The notes: generated by a model from the sequence alone, not told the origin. A stretch of 64,000 nucleotides of DNA from Eledone cirrhosa (GCA_964016885.1 OZ024740.1:189844001-189908000); one strand, 5' to 3'. Positions 25,019-42,295 are shown, counted from the stretch's first letter. Numbers and translations: made by a program.

Positions 25019-25022
<4 letters not shown>
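24271..25022 (-). mobile_element. Retrozyme-like tandem repeat (466-nt unit, about 1.6 copies)
   Basis: 24271-24538 is repeated at 24737-25005. One HHR, many hairpins, no ORF, (TA)n on both sides. Confidence 0.72.
24566..24610 (-). ncRNA. Minimal type I hammerhead ribozyme
   Basis: aatattg-CTGATGA-gttgt aaca acaac-GAAA-ctag-TT-caatatt. Perfect stems I and II, palindromic ACTAGT stem III. Confidence 0.88.
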
Positions 25023-25049
<27 letters not shown>

Positions 25050-25169
25050 GATATATAGATATATATATATATATATCATAAATCATGTCCTTAGAATTAT
25101 TAGATAAAATATATAAATATATACCATTTCCTCTCCCATATATATCTAGGACTTTATGTATATGTAAAT

Positions 25170-26243
<1,074 letters not shown>

Positions 26244-26521
26244 AAATACATATCTCTTTCCTTATATATATATATGTGTGTGTGAGTGTATGTGTGTGTG
26301 TGTCGGTGTGTATGTGTATATATATATTAGTTAAGTAGCTATGTAAGTGTGATATTTATTCTGTCTATCCCCGTTTGTTAGATTACCCATGTTGTTCTCT
26401 GCAAATAATTAGGAATGTCGTTTCCTATGATATTAGCTTCACTTCTCTCATTGAACAAGCAGTTTGCCTCATGGTCATTGTCTGTTATATACCGATCTCT
26501 TTTTATATATATATACAAATA

Positions 26522-26661
<140 letters not shown>

Positions 26662-27059
26662 TGTGTGTGGGTGGGTGTGTGTGTGTGTGTGTGTGTGGGC
26701 GTGTGTGCGTGTGTACGTATGTCTGTGTGTGTGCTTGAGTGTGTGCCAGCGCGTGCGTGTGTGTGTTTGTTTACCTTGTAGAGAACAAATATTCTTAAGT
26801 TAAAATAATTAACCCATAAAATCAAATATATCTGTGTGGGTTTTATATTTCGAACGAGAAACATTCTATTTCATATATCTGTACAACATTGACAGTCTGA
26901 AACCATGCGAAATACAATGATGTTTTACTACGTATATTTATATGTCTAACTATCTATCTATCAATTCATTTGGTGTAAGGGAGATGACTGCGAAAGTCCG
27001 AAAGTTGATAAAATTAGGGTGTTGTAATTCAAGTTGGAGCTTTGTATTTATGTAAGAGG

Positions 27060-28823
<1,764 letters not shown>

Positions 28824-31800
28824 GTGTTTACATACACATATATAATCATGTTTATATGTAGTAGCAAATTCTGCTTCATATCTGCAGAATGCTAGATTTT
28901 GCAAGAGCATCCCAACGTCATTACCGTCTCAATATCGTAACTCCGATTCACGGAAAGGGCGTAAAGCTTCATTCCAATTCGGCTTCTGAAATTTCGAGAT
29001 TTATCAAGATAGTAACCGTTGAATTGTGCAACGCTACCTGTACTGAGAGGTTGGGTATGCTTCTCAGCTATAAAGAACTTTCCTTTCAGAACAATTACAT
29101 TACTCGTTTTAAATCTTAATGTAAGATGAGCCACAGCTTCAGCTTCCTTAGCACCATGGTCATGTGCAAGCTTGCTTACGATGTCTACAAGACAGAGAGT
29201 ATAACATTCCAGGAAGCTTAAATAGAAACTAAGATGTAATGAATCCGAATCAAATATTGACTCTTCACTTGTACTTCATGTGTATAGAAAAAACATGAAA
29301 ATAGTTATGTAACCACTTCTGTAATTATTATACAACTGGTTCCAATAACACACAACGAAAGTAGAAATACATATATTTATGGCTTCTAAAATGTATTTAT
29401 ATTTCGAGCACATAGAGATTTATAGATATTTTCGTCTTAGTATGTATCGTCGTTCAGCTAGTCAAATTTAATAACTATAGAAAACTTGATTTAAAACCCT
29501 TTGAATTACATTAATATTTTTATTAATATTCATGGACATCGTATATATGTATATAAGGCCGCCAACAATTTTTTGATTTTGTCGAACCATAAATTGGGCG
29601 TAGAAGAAATTGCAGTGAATAATTAGATTTTTCGGAGAGGTAAAATTTTTCCCACGATTTTAAGAAGAGAAATGTTAGAAAAAATTGAATTATCATTGCT
29701 AATATTTATACTGCAGAGATTAAAATGCAGTAGAAAATTGTTTTTGTGTATTTTCGTTTAATGATTTTATTTTGTTTCATTTTATTTATATACTCTAAAT
29801 AGTATTGGCGATGTCAAGAAATGTTATTAACACATTTGAATAATATACAGTTGTGTTTTTCCCTGGTCTCTAAATTCCCGATGAGATGAATTTGTAGAAT
29901 TTAATTTGCTGGATGTACATAAGAGAAAAGGAATTCCTATAGAATATACTTTCTTTAGTGATATTATTGATTTACATTTAGAATTGTTAAATAAAGGTTT
30001 CTTCATTCGTATCATCATGAGATTAAGGTTTAACATATATAACAACAGTAACGATTTTAACAGTTAGACGAAGTAGGATGAACAAACGTAGCATAATTCT
30101 TCATGTTTCTAGCACAAGGAAATTGTATAATATCTACTTACAGGTAATGTAGCTACAAAGTCCCATCTGCAATCCCCAGTTTAGCATTGAGATAAGAAAT
30201 TATCAGACATTCGCCATACTTGTAGCAAGCAACATATATATTATAATATACACACAAAAAAAGCCATCTGTAAAGAAACCTTTCCAGCAAATCAATGTTA
30301 AAATGAATTAAATAGCTTCGCATAATCTATGCACTGAATTTTCATTTCTCTTAATATATTTCCATAGCCTTACCTAATACGTAAATACGAAATGTTATCG
30401 TAGTAATGCTTGAATTGAGCAACAAAACTCAAGTTTTCTATGCCAGTCACGGTATACATTATGGATACACCTAATGATATTTACATTACTAATACTGGAA
30501 GAGCAAGAAAGACTAAACTTCGAAAATAGTTAAAATAAGCTGAGTTTTCTCATGAATTTACAGAAACAATTAATTCAATATTAAGCAAGCTTATTGTAAT
30601 ATTTATTCCATGTGCATAACTGATTATGGGTATCTTTAATTAACGCTTCTTTAAATATGCTAATCCTATCGTAACTAATCCTTTTCAGGCGCTACGTAAT
30701 TTATACTAAGTATAAATGTTGAACTATACAAATGCGTTAAAATCGCACCCATTTGTCGATTACGATAAATTGTAATTTTAACCCGTTAACTTTCCAGACA
30801 CATGGAAGGATGTAAGATTGAAATACATTATGATGATACAAATTATAATGACAAATTAAGCTTCATCCGCATGATTATAACTCTCTGTGGTCGATTTTTA
30901 TATCTGAGGTACATGAATTTGAACTAGGAACTATATATTTAACTTAATCAATGCTGAATATTCTGGTGTTGCTGTATCCATGAAACCAAATGCATGAGGG
31001 TATTATTTACCGTAGCAATTGATGTACTTTCAACAATATGTGTGGCCTGACAGGGACGTATTGTTAGGTACACGCCCCTTCCTCATTGTAGATTGATACA
31101 TATGATGTATAATCGTTCTCTTCAGCTGGCAAGGATTTAATCAAGCCATCAACTATTCTTGCAAGGTTGACATATTCTCTTAACACCTTCCGGTAACGTT
31201 GTGTTTTAGTCGCTCTCTTGCAAAAGCAAATATTTACTTTAACCTTGGCTGTGGTCATCATGTGATCTAGCTCATCAACAACAGAACATTCAGCACTTTA
31301 CATTCGACAATTTAGAGGATAAAAGAATCAACCAAACAAAACCGTATTTTCGGTAAGGGTACAAGAAATGAAATTGCTTTGAATTTAACATTTCGTAGGC
31401 GTTGAATGTATTCAGAAAATAGTGGTAAGAATCAGTTGTTGAATAACAAAGATTATAATTCATATATTCAGCATAAAAGGGGAAATATTCCAGATATTTC
31501 TGTCAGAATATGAAACGTTAAAAGCATACCTAAACAATTGATTAGAAACAACACACCTTACGTATTTCGTTCTTCATACTTATGTTAATGTAATATACCG
31601 TTATCTCGATATAGTCATAATTGTTTATGTCAATTTATTAATTTATTGCCGGCGTGCACCAGGTTATATTATGCATTATTACATATTAGATGCAACTGTG
31701 TTTAGCGGAGGATTCTACGATGCCGAAGGGGTATTCACAACCGAACAAAATACTACATGATCCCCTGACTCCTGTCAATAGAATTCTGCCATACGACTTA

Positions 31801-32152
31801 AATTTCACATCATACAAAATAGGTAAATCAATTAGTGATCAATGGGATTTCATTGATACCACAAGTAAATGACAATTGCAGATAGTTTTTCTGCAAGCAG
31901 CCTCCATACATAAGAGACATACACTTTTCATACGATCATCAGTAATCAATTTGTACATAAGTAATTTTTTCTTGGATTATCTTGATATATATATAATAAT
32001 ATTATTTATAGTTATGTACACACTATATACAGCTATAAACAGGAAAGGTACCTTCATAATTTTTATTTTTTAATTTTTAATTTGCAATTTTTAATTTGTA
32101 ATTTTAATTATTGTACAATTCTCTTGTAATCTATGTCGCATCCATTTCACTT

Positions 32153-32232
<80 letters not shown>

Positions 32233-32493
32233 GTACTCAAACAATAAAAGGATTAGAATTATATCAAATCTCCATTGCAACTCATCAGCATCTCTTTAAG
32301 ATATTTCAATATAGACAACTGAAGTTTTATTTTCCAAGTGACTAGAAAACGTGTGCAGACATGAATCTGTAGGCTACGCATTCAAATATACAGATACGTA
32401 TATATGAGCATATACATAAAATAAATTACATACGATTGTTTAGCCTATATTATAAGTGTCAATTTGCATGTATTTAGTAATGTATGCATATAT

Positions 32494-32545
<52 letters not shown>

Positions 32546-32614
32546 TATCTCCAAAGAAATACGGTTTTAGAAAGCCGTAGCTATGCAAACACCGGGGGGG
32601 GGATAACGCCCTCT

Positions 32615-32697
32615 GGTGATGTCCAGCAGAAGCAGGGGGGACAACCATCACTGCATTCCAGGCTTAACTTGCCTTCGTCAGTACGATCCCTTTCACC
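32615..32697 (-). ncRNA. Type I HHR-like motif with full stem III (GGAA instead of GAAA)
   Basis: ggtga..gta-CTGACGA-aggc aagttaa gcct-GGAA-tgcag..ctgct-TC-tgc..tcacc. Confidence 0.6.
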
Positions 32698-32759
32698 GCC
32701 TGCGACTGCTAGACTAGAAGACAGCCGACAATATATAGTTTTATCGCCTGTGTAAATGA

Positions 32760-34900
32760 GGTGATCAATCTCATTTGCATATGAATCTGCATAAGTTGGC
32801 TCAACTTATAATAGAAAAGAATGTTTGGGCCTCTTCAATGGATTTTGCAACAAGTGCAACACCAGCGGCAAACTCATGAATACGACTTGTCCAGGTAGGT
32901 TCTTTAGCCTTAAAGCGCCGATGGTTATAAATCTACCCTATGGTACCAAATGCAAACTGAAGAATTACAGAGAACAAATCTAAAAGAACAGGAACCATGA
33001 CACGGCTCTGCGTCGTATAGTTCGTGACATAAACGGCTTCACAGCATTCACCATTTGACATACTTCATGCTATGTCCGCACAAACAATGATGAAATTCAG
33101 AATATCGTCAGGTAGGTCAAGCTGTCTGAGGATATTCCAGGGAGCTTTTGGATTAACAGTTTCAAACGCTTTCGCCAAGTTGTCAAAAATGATAAAAATA
33201 CCCTGGTCTTTTTTACGAACCTTCTCTTAAGCGTAGCAATGGGTGAATATCATGCCAATGGTATCACAATAGGGCTGCGGAAACCAAATTGGCTCTCTGC
33301 GAAAATATCATCAACAAGTATGGATGTAATTCTGTTGAGAGTAGCAAGAACCGTGCTAGCAATACGGAGATGGGAGATGCCGCGAGATTTGTCACATGTG
33401 TGTGATTCGTTTACGACTGTTCTTGGATAAAAGGTATTTACCGATGAAACCGAGCAAGCTTAGAAATCAAATTTTAACAGCAATATTTGAAATAGCAGGT
33501 AAGACGTGAGATTTATTTAATTGCAGCTACTTGATTGCAGCCTGTACTTCATTCAAGCTCGGATTGAATACTAATTTGGGTTTCTGTGGCCTTTGTGGAA
33601 TATGTATTACACTTTCATCTACACCTACCGCATAACGTAGGACATTTGCGGTGTATTCTTTCCATTGGCCGAGTATATCAGCTGTGTCTCTAAATACGGT
33701 TATATAATTACAGGAAAGTACCGGATTTACACAGTTTTCACTCGAATCCTACTCCGACATCAGACCATTAAAAAAGCCGTTGAATCTTTGTTATCAAGAG
33801 CTTCTTGTAGTTCAGCTACTTCAGCTGACCACCAGGTATCCTCCATCTTTCTATGCAAGGAATGTAACTGTTGCTTACACACTTTATAATATTGTGTATT
33901 AGTTGTATTCATCTGCCATCCAAAGCCTGTGTAGGTTATGCATTTCACTGACAAGGTTCTGGGCATCTGAGCTGCTTTCCCAAAACGAATCCTGGTGTTC
34001 TCCTAGAGCCTCCTACATGTAAGAGGATATGTGGCATGATGAGCGCTTTCAATGAAGCATCAATATCATTAGAATCTGGAAAACGTCAAGGAAGTTGTCA
34101 GATTTTGCACAAAGTTCCAGCCAACTATCAGTGGATCTCAAATCACCCACAAGAACCTTTGGTGGGAGAGGAGGCTTTTCAAGTTGCGAAGATTGTATAC
34201 AAACTTACTGCGCAGCATTGAATGATCCGAGAGAGAGAGCAAGAAGGAAAAGCCGAGTGATTTTGAAAGATTTTCGTTCACACCATTGTCCGATGACCTA
34301 GTCAATGGTGTATCAGTCACTGGATCAAGGATGCTTCCTTGTTGTCTTATGTTTGTTGATAAACGCTATAAGTAAGCCTAAGGTCAAACCCCTTCCTGAG
34401 TGAAAACACTCTATGGAGCTGATCAAGAATATTTCAATATCCTGCACATATGATTAGAGAGTTGGGGCCTAACAACTCAACGTTGTGACAGAGTTTTTGT
34501 TTGCTAGACGCAGAGAAATAGTCATGATACGATCACTGACACCTTTATGGAATTATGTTAGGGATTTTGCTTTGTGTTTCTGGTGGGATATCAAATAGAC
34601 ATAAATGGTAGAGCTATGTCACCCAAATTAATTGTTTATAGTTTTGAAGCCTGTGTTGGACCTACCAAACTTTTGGAAGTGTTGATAAAGAATCGGTGCA
34701 ATACTTTGCTTCAGACCTAGTGAAGAACACATTTCAGGTATTGTGTGACTGTTAAATCTCAAGAAATCATCCTCCGTTTGACAGCCTCCTTGATTTTCCA
34801 TCCCACAGGGTGTCTAAAATCCCCCTCCACACGAAGCAAGGGAGGTGTGTTACCGGTTTAGCCGCCGACGAAACTTCCACGTGATATGTTGTACAGGCCT
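32760..34900 (-). mobile_element. Highly decayed RTE/BovB-like LINE
   Basis: Minus-strand remnants WWSAEVAELQEALD, SRGISHLRIASTVLA, ESQFGFR and LAKAFETVN. Confidence 0.72.
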
Positions 34901-35018
34901 ACATGTTACGAGTAATGTTTAAGTCCGATTTGACACATCCACTTACATACATACAAACCCACACAAACACACACGCAAATATATATTTATATGTGTGTGG
35001 GTGTGTGTAAGTGTGTAA

Positions 35019-35102
<84 letters not shown>

Positions 35103-35651
35103 TATACTATTGACAGGTTAATTGTATAAGTTTATTTTAAACTACTCGGTTGAGAACTTATTCGATTTCTGCTATTTATGCTATTTTTCGTGTGATTTAC
35201 ACCAACGGTATTACTTTGCTAAAATCTGGGGTTATTCACCTTGTGATTTCCACACGTGGTTTACCTTATCACCGTGTCATTCACTTATTTGGTACAGAGC
35301 GATACACCTGTTGATAAGGTGATATTCCTTGTTCGATCGTTATACACAAAGCTTATCTTTTTAAGTAGACTATTTTGATTTAGGTATCACAGAAACTCTA
35401 CATCGGATTTTATCAGCAATTCCGGGAGTTCAGGTCTGGTTATCATTTATTTTGTTGTGACCTGTTTAGCTTAATTTGGTTTTTGGCTTGGGTGGTTAAT
35501 GCCTTCTTGACCACCTTTTCAATTTTGTATGGCTTCTTAACACATTGTTTAGCTCCGGTTCTTAACTATTGAGCACTTTGCCAGTATCATTTCTGATTTT
35601 TGCGTTTCGCTTCTCTTTTCCTGCCCGCCGAAAATGCGATTCTCGCTGAAT

Positions 35652-35681
<30 letters not shown>

Positions 35682-35687
<6 letters not shown>

Positions 35688-35897
35688 CTACAAATATTAA
35701 TAAAATAGATGTTCTTTTGATCATTTTATTATACATATTTTGCATGTACAACAGTACGTCCTCATCAGACAAAATATAATGATACATGACATACCCTGAG
35801 ATGTTAAATGAGGGCGTAATATTGTACATCAGAAATATGTATAATAACATGTAATTGATCAAAAGAACATCTATTTTATTAATATTTGTGTTTTAAT
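35682..35897. mobile_element. Fold-back element with decayed HHRs (family of 44680-44744)
   Basis: Arms at about 35682-35740 and 35833-35897. Minus-strand attttgt-CTGATGA-..-AAAA-tatgta-TA-ataaaat at 35723-35775. Confidence 0.6.
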
Positions 35898-36119
35898 ATC
35901 AATAACTCTGGAAAATTATTTTTCGTACAGGGCTTCCAGTCTACTGTAAAACTCATTCGTTGATATACTCATTGAATCTTGTTTAACTCTTTAAAATATA
36001 TATATATAACGAAGGAGGTGTGGGAGGAACCAGATGGACCGTAACGCACCAGAGTACTCAATACTTGGGGTTGTAGATTGGGTAATAGGAAAATGTTTAA
36101 CCATGGGGTTAAACATTTT

Positions 36120-36154
<35 letters not shown>

Positions 36155-36162
<8 letters not shown>

Positions 36163-36462
36163 GTGAGGTTTTTTTTACAAAATGAAAAATAACCGAGGTG
36201 TCCTACACGAGTGGAAGTATAAAGAAAAAGGGATGAAATCGAAAATGCAACTGAAGTCTTATTTTTTTTAAAAATATATATATTTATTTGGTTCCTTTAC
36301 CGGTTTCGCAGTTCTTCTGCTTTTCAAAAGGTGAGTTGAGATGGAGGGTCTGTAGTTTTTTGAAAAGCAGAAGAACTGCGAAACCGGTAAAGGAACCAAA
36401 TAAATATATATATTTTTAAAAAAAATAAGACTTCAGTTGCATTTTCGATTTCATCCCTTTTT

Positions 36463-36469
<7 letters not shown>
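36155..36469. mobile_element. Neptune-like pLTR fragment with 112-bp fold-back and an HHR on both strands
   Basis: 36218-36329 is the reverse complement of 36358-36469. HHRs at 36294-36331 (-) and 36358-36393 (+). (TA)n flanks. Confidence 0.88.
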
Positions 36470-36549
<80 letters not shown>

Positions 36550-37649
36550 AAGTAAATGAGAAACAGTAGAAAATGCTAATAGAATGTTATCATAGAAAAA
36601 CATAAATATATGTGTTCACAATACAGTGTATTATAGAATAATTAAGTAAATTTTATAAACCACACCAAGTAATTGAACAAGTGTGGACGATCTTTTATTA
36701 ATTGTGCATGCGGAATTGAGATTGATGTTACACATTTCAAAATACATTTGTCCGTTCATCAGATTTTAACTATCTTTATCCTTCCGTCTAGAGATAGTAA
36801 TACTAAAGGCAATGTGTCAAACAAGAAGTTGAATTTCAGTAAATATTCTAGTCTAACTTACATGATGTTTATTGCAATTATATAAATAACCAAATAACAT
36901 ACGCCGTGTAATGAATAATCATCTATGTTCAAATATACCCAGTCCTAGTCCACGTTTGTATTTTAAGACGCAAGAGTGTAATTTTAGAGATATTTAGCGG
37001 CTATATTCAGCAGGGTGTGTGCTCACGTAGAGAATCCTGCTTTTGTCTCGTACATACTTAAGTTTCATGTGTAGTATATATTCTTTCAAATAAGGATATG
37101 TTCATCGTGTGAAAGTACAATTACAGGATGTGATATTTATATACTACTATTTCTAAATAAAGTTCATTTTCCTTCGTCTACTAATTATAATATGGTAAAA
37201 TATCTTTTAAAAAGTATAAATTGAAAGATATGCATAAAAAAACATTTATCTTATTATATTTTGGGAGGGTCATATGCAATTAAAAACACACGCACCTGAT
37301 GTTTTCACTTCAATTTATTATAAATTTCCGGTTGGTTGGTAAGTTAGATAACCGGAAGGGTGATTATATATTGTCAAAGCTTTTCGTCACACATTCTGTG
37401 ATATCCTCAGTGACTATGTTTTTATTTTGTGTGTCTCTCCTTTCTTCTTTCCTATCCCATCTTGTTTTTTATGTTTCTATATATAATGAACTGTATTTTT
37501 CTTATGAAAGTTTCACTATTCCAAACCTATTATCATTTCTTTAGGCTTGAAAAGTTTCACTTATATTGGGATACGATGATTTCAGAAAAGTGCGTCACAA
37601 GCAAAAAAATTAGTATGACAAATGTTCTCATTATGGTAGAGCTATTTTA

Positions 37650-38005
37650 GGTGGGTGGCTCGGTAGTATCGCTACAGCGTTGGCCGATCTTTGTTACGTC
37701 CCTTTACGTTCTGAGCTGAAATTCCAATGATGTCGGGGTCGATAATATAAAATGTCAGTAACGAATTGGGGTCTACTTAATCGACTTTCCCCTTTCTACC
37801 AAATATTATTGTAGGGCGGTGTATTGGCAGTATTGGTAGTGGGTCGGACGCCATGCTTTATAGCACAGTTACGTCCCTTTAATGACTGAGTTCAAATCCC
37901 GCCGAGGTTAACTTTGCCGTTCATCCTTACGGGGTCGATAAAATAAAGTACCAGTAATACAATGGAATATTTGCTGGCCTTGTGCCAAAAAGTAGAAACA
38001 ATTAT
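37650..38005 (+). mobile_element. SINE family A (37812-38005) next to an older related SINE (about 37650-37804)
   Basis: A/B boxes. 14-bp repeat attattgtagggcg at 37805-37818 and 38001-38014. Confidence 0.82.
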
Positions 38006-39171
38006 TGTAGGGCGCTTTAACTGCTGAAACTAGCAGCCACATATTTTTCAAATAACATACTACTGTCTTTATAAAGGAAGTAATGGACAGATGTTAATGA
38101 CTGACGGATGGATCAGGTTTAACTTGGAACCAAGCTACAGCAGTGACCAAATGGCAGCAACTACATTTAACATATATGCACATATTGTTCAGAGATTAAT
38201 AGAAATATATAAATATTTCATTTTACAGAATATTTAATGAATTTATGTTTTTGACATATTATATTTCGTTGGTGAATCGTTAACATTTGAGAACATTTTA
38301 TGAAAATATATTTGAATATTTGAAACAATTGCATCTAAATTCAGAAAGTCTATATATTTCCATAACTGAAAGGCGTCTCACACAAAATTAAATGATATGC
38401 TTTATTAGATTTGCTTATGAATAATTTGAAATAGCTACTAAATTTCATGGTGCCCAAAGTCTCATTGAAACTTGATCTAATACAAACTAAAAATTTGATA
38501 TTCAATTTTCTTATGACCATTAAATCACAACTGTGTTGATAGTTAACATATCATTATAATTAAAACCATAGATTAATATGAGCATGGAATATGAGCAAAC
38601 ATGCAAGCTTAGACACATACACATTCACCCACATGCACAAACTCAAGCACATATACCACGAAATGACGGAAATATGTTTTTAAGAAATAAGATATAATTA
38701 TATAAAAGCTACATAGTTGTTGATGAGATAAATATATAAGCGTAAATACTTTTAAAATAATTTAAAAAATTCTGCCGTTCTTCGTTTATTTGATAAATGA
38801 ACTGACATTCAATTGATTTATAATGATCAACATCGAGATTTCACTGTAGCTAAAATGTAATTCTGTGTACATACATATAAAGTTTAGAATAGTCAAGATC
38901 AAATGTTCATAATTGTAAATATATCATTGATCAAAGAACATTGTAGGAAATCGAATAGAAAAAGTGGACTAGTGGTTTGAGATACTATGAACAAATCACA
39001 ACACACAAACACACACATACATTTTATATATATATTTATATATATACACAAACCTTACACATACACATTTGTGTGTGCACACCCACACATTTACATGCAT
39101 ACATACATTCATATAAATACACACGTACTTGCAGACACATAAATAAATATGTATATATATATATATGTATG

Positions 39172-39284
<113 letters not shown>

Positions 39285-40329
39285 GTGTGTTTGAGGGTGT
39301 ATGCAGTCGTGAACATTCCTGTACGTGTATGCGTATCTGATGTATGACTGTAACATATTCGTTGCAAAAACATTAACAAGACGCCAGCTATAGAATTCCT
39401 AGTAAAAATAATTCTTTAATAGCATACACTTGGATATACAGATAGAGGTAGAGAGTGATTGTCTGTAAAAGAGAGCGATAGAGATGATGTGATGGAAAAA
39501 TGTATGAGAGAAGTAGTACAAATTTTGAGAAAGAAATGGAAATATAAAAGGGAACACTAAAAATCTGCAAATCTAAAAATTAATAAAAATAGTTCCATTG
39601 AGCAGCATGTCTTAGGTTTGGGCGGAGATAACTCTAATAATCAGGCTGGTTGTTCCATTAATCGAATCAAGATCAATATTACATTTTTGAAATTATTTGA
39701 CAAGACACATTTCGAATTTTTAAATATTATCCTAAGAATTCTCTTTAGAACATGAAATATATTCATACTCTCACTATCAGCCGGTTGTAACCATTAATTT
39801 TCGTACGGGAAAATGGAGAACTCACAATGAAACAGACGATACGCAGGATATTAATTATAGATAAGAATGCAATGTTGATTTGGATATCAATAGAAGAACG
39901 TTGATCACAGAAATAAGACTGATTTTGTATAGATATATATGTTGCCTTGAAAGTACAAAGTATGGAAGATTAGTGGTATCACATTTTGCAGTTATAGAAA
40001 TTTCATACAAATTAATTTTAATCAGTTGACAAAATAAATATAAATCAGCTCAGCTATATAGGAAATCCTAGTCTATTATTTATCTATTTATTCAAGTTGT
40101 TTATTCGTTAATCTATTTTCGTACTTAGAATCTTATAGTGTTTTCTGATTCTGTACATATTGTAGCAGGACCTTTAACACACAACTCGGTTTGCGTTCTT
40201 ATTGTTGCTATACATTTATCTTCTTCGCTTTGTTTTATTGGAAAATGATCGACTGGCTCATATCAAATTTTCCCTGATTCTAATGAATAGCGAGTAATTT
40301 ACAAGAAATCATCATGTAAGTCTCGTATT

Positions 40330-40399
<70 letters not shown>

Positions 40400-40548
40400 C
40401 GTAGTAGTAGTACTAGAAGCAGTAGCAACAACAGCATCAGCAGTAGTAAATAATAGTAGTAGTATTAGCAGCAGTGACAGCAGAAATACTAGTAGTGGTA
40501 TATATAGTTGCAGCAACAGTAATAGTAATAGTATTTGTAGTAGTAGTA

Positions 40549-40580
<32 letters not shown>

Positions 40581-40590
40581 TGTTGTTTTT
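40330..40590. repeat. (TAG)n trinucleotide tracts
   Basis: Direct reading. Confidence 0.95.
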
Positions 40591-42019
40591 CTTGATGTGG
40601 ATGTGCTTAGATTTTGTGCTAATTCTAGCATCAAGTTATACCAATAATTTATTTTAGGAACTCTGAATGGCATATCAGCAGAAAAAAGACCAATTTAAGC
40701 AGTGTTCCCTTTGACCTATTTCCTTTTTTTCCCTATTCCACTTATGGAAGCACGATATGTCTTATCAAACAATAAAGTATGTAGGTCTATATAATTTTGT
40801 GCGTTCTTCTTTAAATGCAGTACAGAGTACATTTGAGGAGACCTGGTTGCTAATTCTAGTATTAGAAGCTGCGCTGTTAACTCGCATGTTCCTCTGTAAT
40901 ATATGTGCCATCTATCGCCTCTATGTAAATGTCTCCCCGTCTACCAATTCCTATATAAGATCCCTAACGGAATAAAAATAATTCAATTATTTATTCAATA
41001 TCTAATTTAGTTAAAGATTGTTCTTATATAGGGATCTGATATTTAAGGATCAATGGCAACAGTCAGAAAACCGACTAAACACTGAAGACCACGCCTCAAT
41101 TTGATTTACTAAAAGCAGTAAAAATTTATATATCACTGTTTCTCGTGATATTTTTAAATAATTCGTTGATATCATGTTGCTTATAATTCGCATCGGTACT
41201 TAAACATGTAAATGTTGTTTTGCTTTCTTAATAGGTCAATAAGTCATTGATTTTTATCACTAGTTACGAAAGGCTAATCATACAATATCATAAAATATAA
41301 ACATTTGATCTTTGACTCTATTTTTCACACTTGCGTGAGATGAACATATTGAAAATATAATTAATATACGAAGAATCATTAATACACATCATGTTTTGAA
41401 TCATATCTATCATATGAAATATTGATTTATTTTTATGAAGGATGCGTTCAATAGTTTCTGGAAGCCTTCTGCCTTATTAAAGAACTAATATTACTTATAG
41501 AAATATTATATTACTTGAGACGTATTTTCCGAATTGAATGGGCAACACCGTACCTGACAGGGTGACTGTGGTTCACATCCTTCGTTTTTCGTCTGGTATC
41601 TAACTAGATAAAACATACGGCTGTCATCACGCAAGGCAGTAATCAAGAGGAATACTATAATGCTTACGAGAGTTGTTTGAGGCTGCTGTCTGGAGTCGAT
41701 TAACTTGAATATGTATATATATACATAATTTCGAAAGTGGCATGTACACATCTGGGCTGACTTACTCTAAATGTTTCAATTTTTGCTACTAACAACTTAA
41801 ATAAAACACGTTTTATCGGAGGCACATTTTAGTCTTTAGACAAGGATTGTAGGACGTATTGAGAAATTGTAGCATACTCAAATAAATACCACAAAATAAA
41901 TTATTTTCATACTAATATATCATTATTTAATATGTAGCATAGGCCCATTAAACGCTTCCGGTATTGTATAGAGTGAATTCAATTAAATCTGTTCTATTGG
42001 CAGTTATTCTAGCGTAGTA

Positions 42020-42295
42020 GCGGTGTGTGGACTAGTGATAAGAGTGTTGGACTTACGATCATAATATCGTGGTTTCCATAATTGGACTGGCTTGTTTTCT
42101 TGTTGAAAGCACTTCTTTTCCCGTTTCTCCAGTATATTCAACAGAAAATGAGTACGAAAAAATAGCTGAAGGTTTAACCCTCTGATCGATTGGCGTCCTG
42201 TTCAGCGGGGATTATTGTACTCACAATCGCTTCATGGCGGGGAAACCGGGATAAATACCGAGCTGATGAGCCCTCGGCTTCGAGACAGTCAATTT
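42020..42295 (+). mobile_element. tRNA-derived SINE family B
   Basis: Homologous to the reverse complement of 52096-52341 (gacttacgatcataat, gaaaatgagtac, gaaaccgggataa). Confidence 0.7.

Noticed and set aside
32250-32295. Minus-strand CTGATGA (also at 11096-11102, and plus-strand at 42716-42722)
   Set aside because: No downstream GAAA or closing stems.
42262-42290. CTGATGA in the SINE B tail
   Set aside because: No GAAA, and the motif is not kept in the 52096 copy.
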